DNA of 29,762 bases from Hadesarchaea archaeon (GTDB taxonomy: Archaea > Hadarchaeota > Hadarchaeia > Hadarchaeales > WYZ-LMO6): positions 1-29,762 of the forward strand of contig JAPDJF010000016.1 of assembly GCA_029259185.1 (NCBI GenBank), read 5' to 3'. Both the position numbers and the translations under genes were made by a program. Shown here in pieces: positions 1 to 9,257 of this stretch. The first letter of the stretch is position 1; every line of letters starts with the position of its first letter. The notes beneath the pieces were generated by a model. The model ran no database searches and was not told the DNA's origin. It saw only the letters and a program-made list of their open reading frames with translations.

Positions 1-599
1 CCAGCTTCCCTGACCCTGCTCGCGAGTGTTGGGTCGTTCGCTAGCCTTATACCATCGGTGTTGAGCTGGACGTGTCTTATCCCCTCTTCCTTGCATATCC
101 TAACTATGTGGATCAAGTCATCTCTCAGGCAGGGTTCTCCACCCGTGAGCTGTACTGCTTGACAAGGGATCGGACGCTCTCTCCGAGCTCTTCTAACCAT
201 ATGTCTTATCTGTTCGAGGGTGGGCTCGTACACATACCCTACCCGTTGGGCGTAGAAAAAGCAGTACCAACACCTCAGATCGCACCTGTTCGTTACCACG
301 ATGTTGGCTAAGGCGGTGTGGCTGAGGTGAAGTCCGCACAAACCACAGTCATACGGACATCTTGGTTTTTTCTTGCGAACATTGGGATTGGATATCCCCC
401 TTCCGTCCTTTGCGTATCGCTTGGCCCTCTCATACATCTCATAGGAGCTCCAATAAATCTCGGTGAACTCTCCATGCTTTCTACAGCGTTTACGCATCCA
501 GACTTTCCCTTCCCTGACAAAAATTTCTGCCGGGAGGAGTTCTAGGCACTCAGGACATAAACTCATGGTCCTGTCTATTACTTCAACTTTTTCGTTCAT
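1..599 (-). CDS. tes: Tetraether lipid synthase (Tes/GDGT-MAS, MJ0619-like radical SAM), 5' part; runs off the left edge
   Basis: Absent from the ORF track because there is no stop in the window. Manual minus-strand translation from ATG 599: MNEKVEVIDRTMSLCPECLELLPAEIFVREGKVWMRKRCRKHGEF...CPYDCGLCGLHLSHTALANIVVTNRCDLRCWYCFFYA...VQLTGGEPCLRDDL...VQLNTDG. This shows an N-terminal CxxC..CxxH metal site, a CPxDCGLC cluster motif and CX3CX2C, as in Tes. Confidence 0.88.
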   Translation of the reverse strand, partial: MNEKVEVIDRTMSLCPECLELLPAEIFVREGKVWMRKRCRKHGEFTEIYWSSYEMYERAKRYAKDGRGISNPNVRKKKPRCPYDCGLCGLHLSHTALANIVVTNRCDLRCWYCFFYAQRVGYVYEPTLEQIRHMVRRARRERPIPCQAVQLTGGEPCLRDDLIHIVRICKEEGIRHVQLNTDGIRLANDPTLASRVREA

Positions 600-706
600 T
601 CCTCTATTCGATTTAACACACATCTTGGCCCACCTACTGTAGCACTCTGCTCTTAACTATGTTGTGGGGTCTTTACCTTTATCCATCACCGAGTTAGTAA
701 CTAAGG

Positions 707-2866
707 ATGAGCGATATTCCAGAAGGTATGTATGGCGTGTCTTACGTAACGATAGCCCAGATATTCGCCTCTCTATCGGGAGCAGCTTTCTGGATCATTT
801 TTGCGATTATCGTCCATCCTCTAGCATACGGGCACTTGAGTTGGTTGGTATCGGTGGCCATGCTTATTTCCACTTTCTGTGTTTTTGGGATGGGAAAAGT
901 CATCGTATCTTACTATCCGAGAGAGAGGAACGAGGGACTCTTGAGCGAAGCGGTGTTGTTGGTGTTTGTCTCTAGCCTCTTCTTCGGGGGGTTAGTTTCT
1001 CTTTTTGTAGATATTTGGACTGGCCTGCTCGTAATCGGGTTTTCACTTTTCTCAATAGGGTTTCACATGAAATTAGCCAAGCGGGATTATGAGGGCTACA
1101 TGTGGGTTTGGGTAGGTGCACGCTCCCTCGCTTTCCTCCTACCCTTACTGGTCTATGAACTTCTAGGTCTTATCTCAGGTGTGGTGGTAGCACTCGCCGT
1201 CTCTTATTTCGTCTTCGGGTTATGGATTCTGAGATACATTACTAAGCCCAATTTCGGAAATCTAAAACCGAAAACGAAATTTGCGATGGGTGCGTGGTTG
1301 GCCGACTTGAGTGCGGTATCGATGAATTTCCTAGATAAGATCATCATAGGATTGCTCTTCGGCATGATGATGCTAGGTTTTTACCAGTTCGCGATCCGCA
1401 TTTTTCTTCTCTTCGCCGTTTTTCCTCAAATCATGTTTTTTTACCTCTTGCCTGAGAAATCCGCTGGGAGGAGAACCAAGCGGATCGAGGTAAATGCCAC
1501 GATCTTCTCGATCGGGCTAATGGGCATAATGCTCGTTTTCGCCTCTATCGTCATCCCCAGGTATTTTCCAAGTTTTAGTGATGGCGTTGAAGCCACTCAG
1601 ATCATGGGGTTCGCGCTGGTCCCTGCCACTATAGCCCAAATGAAGATCTCCGATCTCTACGCCAGAGGAAAGTCAAGTGTGGTTCTCGCTTCCTATGTCT
1701 CTGCATTAACGGTTGGGTTAACGGGAGTTGTCTCACTCGGTAAGCACTTCGGTCTCATTGGACTGGCCTCAAGCGTTTTCCTGACGCAATTGGCTCTAGC
1801 ACTTTCTGTATTCCTCTTCCCAAGGTTGACTGATGAGGACAAAAAACTAGCAGGGGGAACCCTCGGGGCGATAGTTCTGACAGCTTTAGTCATAAGTACC
1901 ATGAGTGTTCAGCCACTCACGATAGAGATCGTCGGCACCGAGGTGAAGGGTACGGGGCTTGCCATGGACACCACCGTCTCGATCATAGTGATAGATGAGA
2001 ATGTTGAGAAAGCTAAGGCCGCAATAAAGGCGGCCTACGATGAAATAAAAAGGATCGAAACGCTTATGTCAGCTGAAGATGAGGCGAGCGAGATATACCT
2101 GTTGAACCACAACGGGACCGCTTGGACCCAGCTTTCCTGTGAATCTATCTACATCTTAAAGAAAGCGATCGAGTACTCTGAGTTATCAGATGGTTACTTC
2201 GACCCAACGGTCAAACCCCTCGTGGATCTATGGATGAAGAAAACGAAGAAAACGGGGAGGATTCCCCGACCCGAAGAGCTCACCGAAGCCATGGAGCTAG
2301 TAGGGTGGAAAAACTTAGCAATAGACGAGAACAGGAAGATGGCGAGATTTCTTCAGGAGGGAATGCAAGTCACACTAGGGGCCATAGCTAAGGGATACGC
2401 TGTGGATCGAGGATACGAGATCCTAAAGGATTTTGGAGTTGAGTCTGGACTCGTGAACATAGGGGGCGACTTGAGGGGATTCGGTTCCCGTACGTGGAGA
2501 ATAGGGATCCAAGATCCTAGGGGAGAGGGGATATTGGAGGTGTTAGAACTTGAAAACTTCTCCATCGCGACTTCTGGTGACTACATGAGGATGTTCTTCA
2601 TAGGAAAACGGAGGATCCACCATCTCATAAACCCCAAAACGGGTGAACCAGCAACTGAGTGTATGAGTGTTACTGTCATCACCGAGAACTGTGTAGACGC
2701 GGATGCCCTCAGCACGGCTGTGTTCGTGATGGGTCCAACACGAGGGATAGAGCTACTAGATAACCTCTCTGATCGAGGAATGCTTAGTAAAGGGATGATC
2801 ATAGCCTCGGGAGGAGAGGTTCTGATTTCTCGATCTTGGAATTCCCTTCCCCACGTAGTGAACTAA
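707..2866 (+). CDS. apbE: Fusion of a Wzx/MOP-type (polysaccharide-flippase-like) multi-TM domain and a C-terminal FAD:protein FMN transferase (ApbE)
   Basis: aa ~1-375 contain about 12 hydrophobic helices with the Wzx-like DKIIIGLLFG...GFYQFA segment, then one further TM. ApbE motifs follow: AMDTTVSI, FDPTV, LGAIAKGYAVD, NIGGD, ATSGDY, HLINPKTG, ADALSTAVFVMG. Single 719-aa ORF. Confidence 0.88.
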   Translation: MSDIPEGMYGVSYVTIAQIFASLSGAAFWIIFAIIVHPLAYGHLSWLVSVAMLISTFCVFGMGKVIVSYYPRERNEGLLSEAVLLVFVSSLFFGGLVSLFVDIWTGLLVIGFSLFSIGFHMKLAKRDYEGYMWVWVGARSLAFLLPLLVYELLGLISGVVVALAVSYFVFGLWILRYITKPNFGNLKPKTKFAMGAWLADLSAVSMNFLDKIIIGLLFGMMMLGFYQFAIRIFLLFAVFPQIMFFYLLPEKSAGRRTKRIEVNATIFSIGLMGIMLVFASIVIPRYFPSFSDGVEATQIMGFALVPATIAQMKISDLYARGKSSVVLASYVSALTVGLTGVVSLGKHFGLIGLASSVFLTQLALALSVFLFPRLTDEDKKLAGGTLGAIVLTALVISTMSVQPLTIEIVGTEVKGTGLAMDTTVSIIVIDENVEKAKAAIKAAYDEIKRIETLMSAEDEASEIYLLNHNGTAWTQLSCESIYILKKAIEYSELSDGYFDPTVKPLVDLWMKKTKKTGRIPRPEELTEAMELVGWKNLAIDENRKMARFLQEGMQVTLGAIAKGYAVDRGYEILKDFGVESGLVNIGGDLRGFGSRTWRIGIQDPRGEGILEVLELENFSIATSGDYMRMFFIGKRRIHHLINPKTGEPATECMSVTVITENCVDADALSTAVFVMGPTRGIELLDNLSDRGMLSKGMIIASGGEVLISRSWNSLPHVVN

Positions 2867-3666
2867 GACGCGTGTGGAGTCGCTAGTGGCTTCGGAAACC
2901 TCAAAACCAAAACTTTACGTTTGCACGCTTCTACACACGCACCGCACGAGGTGCAAAGCGACTGGTCGATGACCGGGAGATTGTTTTCTATTTTTATCGC
3001 CCCCACCTGGCATGCTTTTTCACAGAGTTTGCAGGCGATGCATCCGTTTGGGCAGGCTGCCGCCACGACTTTTCCGGGTTCCGGTGAATTGCAACGGATT
3101 ATGACCTTTGCGTCCTTCGGAATCAACTTTATAACCCCTCTCGGACAAGCGTTCACACAGAGTCCACATCCGCGACATTTGTCCTCGTCAACCACAGGCG
3201 TGTTACCTCGAAGCTCGATGGCGCCGAAGGGGCATGCGCGCACGCAGTCTCCCAGCCCGATGCAGCCATACTTGCAAGCTAGGACTCCCTCACCCAAACT
3301 TGAAGCGGCAGAGCATGTCTTCTCTCCAACCCAATCGAATAACACTTTAGATCCACCAGCACATCTAACGTTGGCCACCATCCACCAGGTTTCTTTGACT
3401 TCAATCCCAAGCAATGCTCCAGCCCGCCTCCTTTCGTCTGCACCCATTAACCTGCAGTTCCCCAAGAGGGAAGGATCCTTTACTAGCGCCTCAGCGAAGT
3501 CGTCACACCCTCCGAATCCACACGCTCCACAGGAGGCGCCGGGAAGTAACTCTCTCACCCTTTCAACCCTCTCGTCCATCTGCACCGCGAACCTTTTGGA
3601 CATCACTACCAACAACGTGCTGAAAAAGAAACCAAGGGAGCCGAGTACTGCGATTTCTTCTATCAT
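2863..3666 (-). CDS. rnfB: Rnf complex subunit B (membrane-anchored polyferredoxin)
   Basis: Start MIEEIAVL at 3666 overlaps the rnfA stop (ATGA). N-terminal TM, LPGASCGACGFGGC and several CxxCxxCxxxC(P) motifs. Confidence 0.93.
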   Translation of the reverse strand: MIEEIAVLGSLGFFFSTLLVVMSKRFAVQMDERVERVRELLPGASCGACGFGGCDDFAEALVKDPSLLGNCRLMGADERRRAGALLGIEVKETWWMVANVRCAGGSKVLFDWVGEKTCSAASSLGEGVLACKYGCIGLGDCVRACPFGAIELRGNTPVVDEDKCRGCGLCVNACPRGVIKLIPKDAKVIIRCNSPEPGKVVAAACPNGCIACKLCEKACQVGAIKIENNLPVIDQSLCTSCGACVEACKRKVLVLRFPKPLATPHAS

Positions 3667-4244
3667 TCTACCATCCCGCTGAACCCTTGGAATGCGAGTG
3701 CTAGCAGGGACGCCGTGATGAAGGCTATGGGTAGACCCCGGAATGAAACCGGTTGCTCTGAGATCTCCAATCTTTCTCTCATCCCTGCCATCATAAATAG
3801 AGCCAGAGAGAAGCCCAAACCTGTGGCCAACCCGTTCACCGCTGAGGCCACGAAGGAATAGCTTTCGACCTCCACATTGATGAGGGTAACCCCCAGAATC
3901 GCACAATTCGTCGTGATGAGAGGGAGATAGATACCAAAGGCCCTGTATAAGTCGGGTAAGGTTTTTCGAATCACTATTTCCACTAACTGAACGAATGAGG
4001 CTATGACCAAGATGAAAGCCACGATTCGCATGTACTCTATTTCGAACGGAATAAGGAGGTACTCATAGATCAACCAAGTGAGAATAGAAGCGCAGCTCAT
4101 TACGAAGGTAACCGCTAGCCCCATCATCAACGCGTTCCTCACTCTCGTAGAAACTCCGAAGAATGGGCATAATCCAAGAAATTTGGTAAGCACGATGTTG
4201 TTGATGAACACCGCGGCTATCACTATACTCAGGAGATTTTCCAT
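3663..4244 (-). CDS. rnfA: Rnf complex subunit A
   Basis: NNIVLTKFLGLCPFFGVS and GIYLPLITTNCAILG motifs; about 6 TM. Confidence 0.96.
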   Translation of the reverse strand: MENLLSIVIAAVFINNIVLTKFLGLCPFFGVSTRVRNALMMGLAVTFVMSCASILTWLIYEYLLIPFEIEYMRIVAFILVIASFVQLVEIVIRKTLPDLYRAFGIYLPLITTNCAILGVTLINVEVESYSFVASAVNGLATGLGFSLALFMMAGMRERLEISEQPVSFRGLPIAFITASLLALAFQGFSGMVE

Positions 4245-4245
4245 C

Positions 4246-4839
4246 TCATACCACCCCCATCTTCTTCAACATCGCGAGTAGAATTCCCATAACTAGGAAA
4301 GCTCCGGGAGGCAGGATCATACCCGTCGCTGGTGAGGAAAGGATGAATGGAAGGAACTGATGGCCGAAGATCACTATTCCACCGGTTCCAAAGAACTCCC
4401 TTATCCCAGAGATGAGGACTATTATCAGCGCGAACCCAGCACTCATACCGGCGGTATCTAGGAGTGTTTCACCCAGTGGACGTTTAGAGGCAAAGGCTTC
4501 GGCTCTTCCCAAGATAATGCAGTTCACCGTGATGAGGGGGAGGAATATCCCAAGCTGTTCATACAGGGATGGTGAATACCCGTGGATGAATAGGTCTATT
4601 ATCGTTACGAAGCTGGCTATGATCACAATAAAAGTGGGGATCCTTACATCTTTTGGAATAAATCCCTTGATCGCAGAAATCAAGAGGTTAGAGAAAATGA
4701 GAACGAATGCGAAGCTGAAAGCCATACCTAGAGCGTTCTCAACTCTAGTGGTGATGGCGAGGGTAGGACATAGACCTAGTGCGAGTACGAGCACAGGGTT
4801 CTTTTTCACAAGACCCTTCGTGAACTCTTGCACCTTCAC
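4246..4839 (-). CDS. rnfE: Rnf complex subunit E
   Basis: NPVLVLALGLCPTLA, PLITVNCIILGRAEAFA and LPPGAF motifs. Confidence 0.96.
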   Translation of the reverse strand: MKVQEFTKGLVKKNPVLVLALGLCPTLAITTRVENALGMAFSFAFVLIFSNLLISAIKGFIPKDVRIPTFIVIIASFVTIIDLFIHGYSPSLYEQLGIFLPLITVNCIILGRAEAFASKRPLGETLLDTAGMSAGFALIIVLISGIREFFGTGGIVIFGHQFLPFILSSPATGMILPPGAFLVMGILLAMLKKMGVV

Positions 4840-5348
4840 AGACTAAACCTCCTAGCAAGTTCCTCCATTCCTTTGCGCACCGCTTCCACCACTGCACGGG
4901 AACTTATCGTTGCACCCGTGATGGCATCTATATCACCACCATCACTCTTCAGCCACACTCGTTCAAGTGTTTTTCCCTCGAACTGTTTAAGAAATTCGTC
5001 TTCTGCCACTCTTGATCCCAGTCCTGGGGTTTCGCTGTGAGAGACCACCCTCACCCCTCGGATCGTGTTGTCCACATAGATCCCCACTGCAACCTTCATT
5101 TTCCCCCCGTATCCAGCACCCTCAACTATCGCTGCGTACCCCACCAACTTTCCGTTTTCTATACACCTATAGTAGCCGTTCTCTTCCACGAAGCTTGCTG
5201 AGGGGAAGATCTCCGAAAGAACCTTATTTATCTCGGCCCGTTCGGCCTCCACTATCTTATCTTTTGTGAGTACATGCGTGATCCCTAAGAGTACACCCCA
5301 AACCAGACACGTGGCAGTCAATACGACCACGGGTTTAGCGCTCATCAC
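4836..5348 (-). CDS. rnfG: Rnf complex subunit G (FMN-binding)
   Basis: N-terminal TM, GYGG, ETPGLG and the flavinylation motif DAITGATISS. Confidence 0.95.
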   Translation of the reverse strand: MMSAKPVVVLTATCLVWGVLLGITHVLTKDKIVEAERAEINKVLSEIFPSASFVEENGYYRCIENGKLVGYAAIVEGAGYGGKMKVAVGIYVDNTIRGVRVVSHSETPGLGSRVAEDEFLKQFEGKTLERVWLKSDGGDIDAITGATISSRAVVEAVRKGMEELARRFSL

Positions 5349-6280
5349 TTCCCTCCCTCACGTTTCTTCATGACCCCATACACCTTAGGTCTCGTGAATC
5401 GGTCTATAAGCGGGGTAAATCCGTTCATTATCAAAATCGAGTAACACACGCCTTCAGGAAAACCACCATACATCCTTATCATCACCACGAGCAGGCCAGC
5501 ACCAACCCCGAAGACCACTCGCCCAGTTTTGGTTACCGGGCTCGTCACGTAATCCGTGGCCATGAAGAAAGCACCTAGGAAAAGTCCGCCGGCGAATATG
5601 TGGAAGAGGGGGGGCTCACCCAATAACCACATCAAAATTCCGACAGTCCCTATGTACGAGAGCGGGGTTCTCCAGTCGACGTACTTCATGGCTATTAGGA
5701 AAATGCCACCGATCAGGATAGCGAGCGCTGATGTTTCGCCTATACAACCAGCCACGTTTCCGAAGAAGAGGTTTTCCACCGGTGTATATCCATGTCCAGC
5801 ATGCCACTCTCCGAGAGGTGTGGCTGTGCTCACCCCATCGAAGGGTGAGACCCAAGTTGTCATTAAAGCAGGCCAAGATAAGGTTAAAAATGCCCTCCCC
5901 ACCAGAGCAGGATTAAAGATGTTCTGCCCTAACCCACCAAATGCGCACTTACCGATGAGGATGGCGAATGAGGATCCAACCACGGGCATCCAGATGGGGA
6001 CGGTCGGAGGAAGGCACAAAGCTAGGAGCAATCCTGTGATGACGGCACTTCCATCCATCGTAAACTTTTTGCCCATGGCTTTGTATCCGAGGAATTCTGA
6101 AATGACTGCTGAGGTAATGGAAGCCACCACAACGAGGAGGGCGTGTAGACCGAAGAGGTAAACCCCACTAGCAGTCGCGGGGATCAGGGCGATTACCACG
6201 GCTAGCATTATTCCTCTAACCGATACCTTATCCTTGATGTGGGGGGAAGTGGAGACTAATGGTTTGAATCCGGGGATCAT
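5345..6280 (-). CDS. rnfD: Rnf complex subunit D
   Basis: Start MIPGF at 6280 (ATGA overlap with rnfC). SPH, FGGLGQNIFNPALVGR, flavinylation motif DGVSTATPL, GCIGETS, FFMATDYVTSP. Confidence 0.95.
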   Translation of the reverse strand: MIPGFKPLVSTSPHIKDKVSVRGIMLAVVIALIPATASGVYLFGLHALLVVVASITSAVISEFLGYKAMGKKFTMDGSAVITGLLLALCLPPTVPIWMPVVGSSFAILIGKCAFGGLGQNIFNPALVGRAFLTLSWPALMTTWVSPFDGVSTATPLGEWHAGHGYTPVENLFFGNVAGCIGETSALAILIGGIFLIAMKYVDWRTPLSYIGTVGILMWLLGEPPLFHIFAGGLFLGAFFMATDYVTSPVTKTGRVVFGVGAGLLVVMIRMYGGFPEGVCYSILIMNGFTPLIDRFTRPKVYGVMKKREGGK

Positions 6281-7575
6281 TTCTTCAGCCTCCGCACAGC
6301 TTTTTTGCCTTCCCTTATCACGTGCACGATGGGGATCTTGGAAGGACAAACATAAGCACAGCAACCACATTCATCACAGCTCATTATGTTGTACTCAAGG
6401 CACATCTCCGGCTTTTTAGCTCGCGTGAATTTGACTAACATCGTCGGCATCAATCCCATAGGACAGACTTCGATGCATCTTCCACATCTTATACAAGGGG
6501 ATTCCTCTTCCTCTCTCACCCTTTCTTCACTGAAGACGAGGATGCAGTTGGTAGTTTTGACCACAGGGACATCCACATACTGGGCGAACCCCATCATCGG
6601 ACCCCCAGCTATAACTTTGCGCGTGTTTCCTACCGGTCCTCCGCATTCTTGGATGAGGGAAGAGAAAAGAGTCCCTATCCGAACAAGAAGGTTCTTCGAT
6701 TCCTTCACATCCCCAGTGATTGTGACTACCCTTTCCACCAAGGGGATGCCTTGGGTCACAGCTTCGTAGATGGCCTTTGTAGTACCCACGTTTTGGACAA
6801 CCACCCCTACATCGAATGGTAAGCCCCCCGCTGGTACCTCCCTTCCAAGGATGGCTTTGATTAGGTGTCTTTCATCGCCTTGGGGATATCTCGTCTTGAG
6901 CGGGACGACTCGGACGCTCTCCCCCCCTAGCCTATCCATATTGTCTATAGCATCCGGCTTATTGTCCTCGATCCCGATAAGGATGTTGTCCACCCCTAAA
7001 ATTTTGGCGATGATCTTAGCCCCCTCGATTATCTTCTCCCCTTCTTCTAGCATCAAACGATGGTCCGCCGTTATGTATGGCTCACATTCTGCACCGTTGA
7101 TGATAAGCGTGTCTATTCGTTTCTCTTTCGGAGGATTGAGTTTCACGTGGGTGGGAAATCCAGCCCCGCCCATACCCACGAGCCCACACTCTCTTATCTT
7201 TGATATCATTTCCTCCCTCGAGGCTTTCTCGGGATCCAGTCCTTTGGTTTCGATCCACTCGTCACCATCATCCGCTTCGATGACGATTGCGGGAACACGG
7301 TCCCCCGTCGGAAGGAGTTGAGTGGAAATCTCAGAAACCGTTCCGGAAATCGTGGAATGAACGGGAGCCGAGACGGCGGCTGGGGAGTCACCTATTTTTT
7401 GCCCTACTTTAACTTTGGCTCCCTTTTCCACTACAGGATCACAAGGGGCACCTATGTGTTGGCGAAGTGGAATGACCACTCGAGAAGGGAGTTTGGCTTT
7501 CTCTATTTTTTTGTCTGAGGTCAATTTGTTGGGGAGAGGATGTACTCCGCCTCTGAATCCTCTTTTCATTAACAT
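6277..7575 (-). CDS. rnfC: Rnf complex subunit C
   Basis: FRGGVHP, QHIGAP, GLVGMGGAGFPTHVK, NGAECEPYITAD, YPQGDE, GGPMMG and two CxxCxxCxxxCP clusters. Confidence 0.96.
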   Translation of the reverse strand: MLMKRGFRGGVHPLPNKLTSDKKIEKAKLPSRVVIPLRQHIGAPCDPVVEKGAKVKVGQKIGDSPAAVSAPVHSTISGTVSEISTQLLPTGDRVPAIVIEADDGDEWIETKGLDPEKASREEMISKIRECGLVGMGGAGFPTHVKLNPPKEKRIDTLIINGAECEPYITADHRLMLEEGEKIIEGAKIIAKILGVDNILIGIEDNKPDAIDNMDRLGGESVRVVPLKTRYPQGDERHLIKAILGREVPAGGLPFDVGVVVQNVGTTKAIYEAVTQGIPLVERVVTITGDVKESKNLLVRIGTLFSSLIQECGGPVGNTRKVIAGGPMMGFAQYVDVPVVKTTNCILVFSEERVREEEESPCIRCGRCIEVCPMGLMPTMLVKFTRAKKPEMCLEYNIMSCDECGCCAYVCPSKIPIVHVIREGKKAVRRLKK

Positions 7576-7596
7576 GTGAGAACCTCAGTCTTTTGG

Positions 7597-7630
7597 AACA
7601 ATAAATTTGCAAAATATTGTTTTTAAATTT
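7597..7630 (-). promoter_or_regulatory. Putative rnf operon promoter (TATA-like TTTAAAAA on the minus strand) with an adjacent inverted repeat
   Basis: AACAATA-N11-TATTGTT at 7597-7621, directly downstream (minus sense) of an AT-rich TATA-like box at about 7620-7627 and about 45 nt upstream of rnfC. Confidence 0.4.
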
Positions 7631-7682
7631 TGGTTTGCGGTTTCCTAAATCTGAGATACTTCTCACGAGCTCTGGGTATTGC

Positions 7683-9152
7683 TCATCTCCAACTACAAGC
7701 TCTCCTACCTTGAACCATCTCCCAATATCCCAAGTTGTGGAGGCATCCCGGATCTGCTCCTTGGATGTTTCCGAAGTATCCGTACGCTCTAGCCCTGCAG
7801 CCCCCGCATATGTAGACGTGCTCGCAGCTTCCGCACCCTTCGAACTTCTCCCTCTCCCTGAGTTTCTTCAGGACTTCTGAGTTACACCATATTTCTCGAA
7901 GGCTTTGTTCTTTTAGGTTTCCTATTTTAATGGGGAGAAACACACAGGGCTCAACGTCTCCGTTCGGTTCTAAACTCAAGTAGAGTCTCCCAGCTCCACA
8001 TCCGCCCAAAAATTCCGACAGTGCTTTTGTCTTTCCTCTCATCGCTTTGATCATACCCTCATTGGTGAAATGAGTCGCCACAGTGGGTCCATAAACTGCT
8101 TGATATGAAACAACGGCGTATTGGGGAGCTGTGGAATATGTTATGAGTTTTTTATCTTCACTGACCAAGTTCGAATAGAGATATCTGAGTAGGTCCCATC
8201 TCTCTTGAGGAGATAGATCCTCTTCCACGATTTCTTTCCCCTTCCCAACTGGTACATAATTGAACACTACCATTCGTTTGGCTCCGAGTTCATCGGCCAC
8301 AAAATCCATAAGACTTGGAAACTCGTAAAAATTGAGACGCGTGACGGTAACAGCTACGCCCGTGTCGATTCCCTCGGCAACGCAGTTCTTTATTCCCTCA
8401 CAGGTGCGTTTCCACGCACCGTTTACCCCTCTGAACTCATCGTGAGTGCTCTGGAACCCGTCTAGGGAAATCTCAACATAGTCAAAAACCTCCTTAATTT
8501 TTCTCGCCACCTCCTTGGAGATCAGGGTCCCATTGGTGGCGAGGGAGACGTAGAATCCTCTAGACTTAGCATGGGCGGCGATCTCATACACATCCTTTCT
8601 CATGAGGGGTTCTCCACCCGAAAAGGCTATGGCAACTACCCCCGCATCGGCTAGCTCATCCACCACAGCTCTCCTCTCCTCTGTACTCAACTCTTGGGAC
8701 ACGTCCACATCTGGGGATGCGCTCTCATAACAATGCTTACAGCGCAGATTACACAAGCGAGTGTAGTTCCACACTATGAGGAAGGGTGCCATCCCGACGA
8801 ATGGTCTCTTCACCCCGAAGTGTTCTATTCCTTCCAACACGTTTACGATACCTTTCCGGACTATTGGGTCTTTGATGGCTCTCATCATAACTTCTCGGCT
8901 CACACCGAACGATTCACTTCCTTTATCGATGAAAAACTTCACGATCGAAAAGGCGAGCTGGTCTCTCCAGCTCAGCTTACTGAAATCTCCTTCGCCAACA
9001 TAACAACGTAAAACTTTATCCAATCTGCTTTCTCCGTTCGATTTTCCGGTTACGAGTTTGAGCAATTTGCGTGAGAGGGGGTTTCCTAGCCACCTTTCGA
9101 CAGTCCCCACCACTGCTTCGTGTCTCTCGGCATCGCCCTCTCGAGCACCCAC
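7683..9152 (-). CDS. Radical SAM/SPASM-domain protein with long N-terminal extension; candidate GMGT synthase (Gms)-like lipid-modifying enzyme
   Basis: CNLRCKHC, FSGGEPL and TNG motifs. C-terminal SPASM: CGAG...PC...CGSCEHVYICGGCRARA...DPGC. The Gms call rests on family resemblance and lipid-gene context only. Confidence 0.8.
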   Translation of the reverse strand: MGAREGDAERHEAVVGTVERWLGNPLSRKLLKLVTGKSNGESRLDKVLRCYVGEGDFSKLSWRDQLAFSIVKFFIDKGSESFGVSREVMMRAIKDPIVRKGIVNVLEGIEHFGVKRPFVGMAPFLIVWNYTRLCNLRCKHCYESASPDVDVSQELSTEERRAVVDELADAGVVAIAFSGGEPLMRKDVYEIAAHAKSRGFYVSLATNGTLISKEVARKIKEVFDYVEISLDGFQSTHDEFRGVNGAWKRTCEGIKNCVAEGIDTGVAVTVTRLNFYEFPSLMDFVADELGAKRMVVFNYVPVGKGKEIVEEDLSPQERWDLLRYLYSNLVSEDKKLITYSTAPQYAVVSYQAVYGPTVATHFTNEGMIKAMRGKTKALSEFLGGCGAGRLYLSLEPNGDVEPCVFLPIKIGNLKEQSLREIWCNSEVLKKLREREKFEGCGSCEHVYICGGCRARAYGYFGNIQGADPGCLHNLGYWEMVQGRRACSWR

Positions 9153-9257
9153 GTTTTCATCTTCTTTCCAGTCAAGTTAAATTTTTTTCCGGGGGGACCG
9201 TTCGGTTAACTTATAAACCAGCTTGGGAACTTTAAGATGAAAGGTGTGAGGTCAGGG

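Noticed and set aside
2368-2410. ApbE motif TLGAIAKG instead of the usual DLGxIAKG, as a sign of inactivation
   Set aside because: This position varies among ApbE homologues and all other motifs are intact.
2921-7518. Plus-strand ORFs of up to 253 aa opposite the rnf genes
   Set aside because: Antisense shadows of well-supported rnf CDSs.
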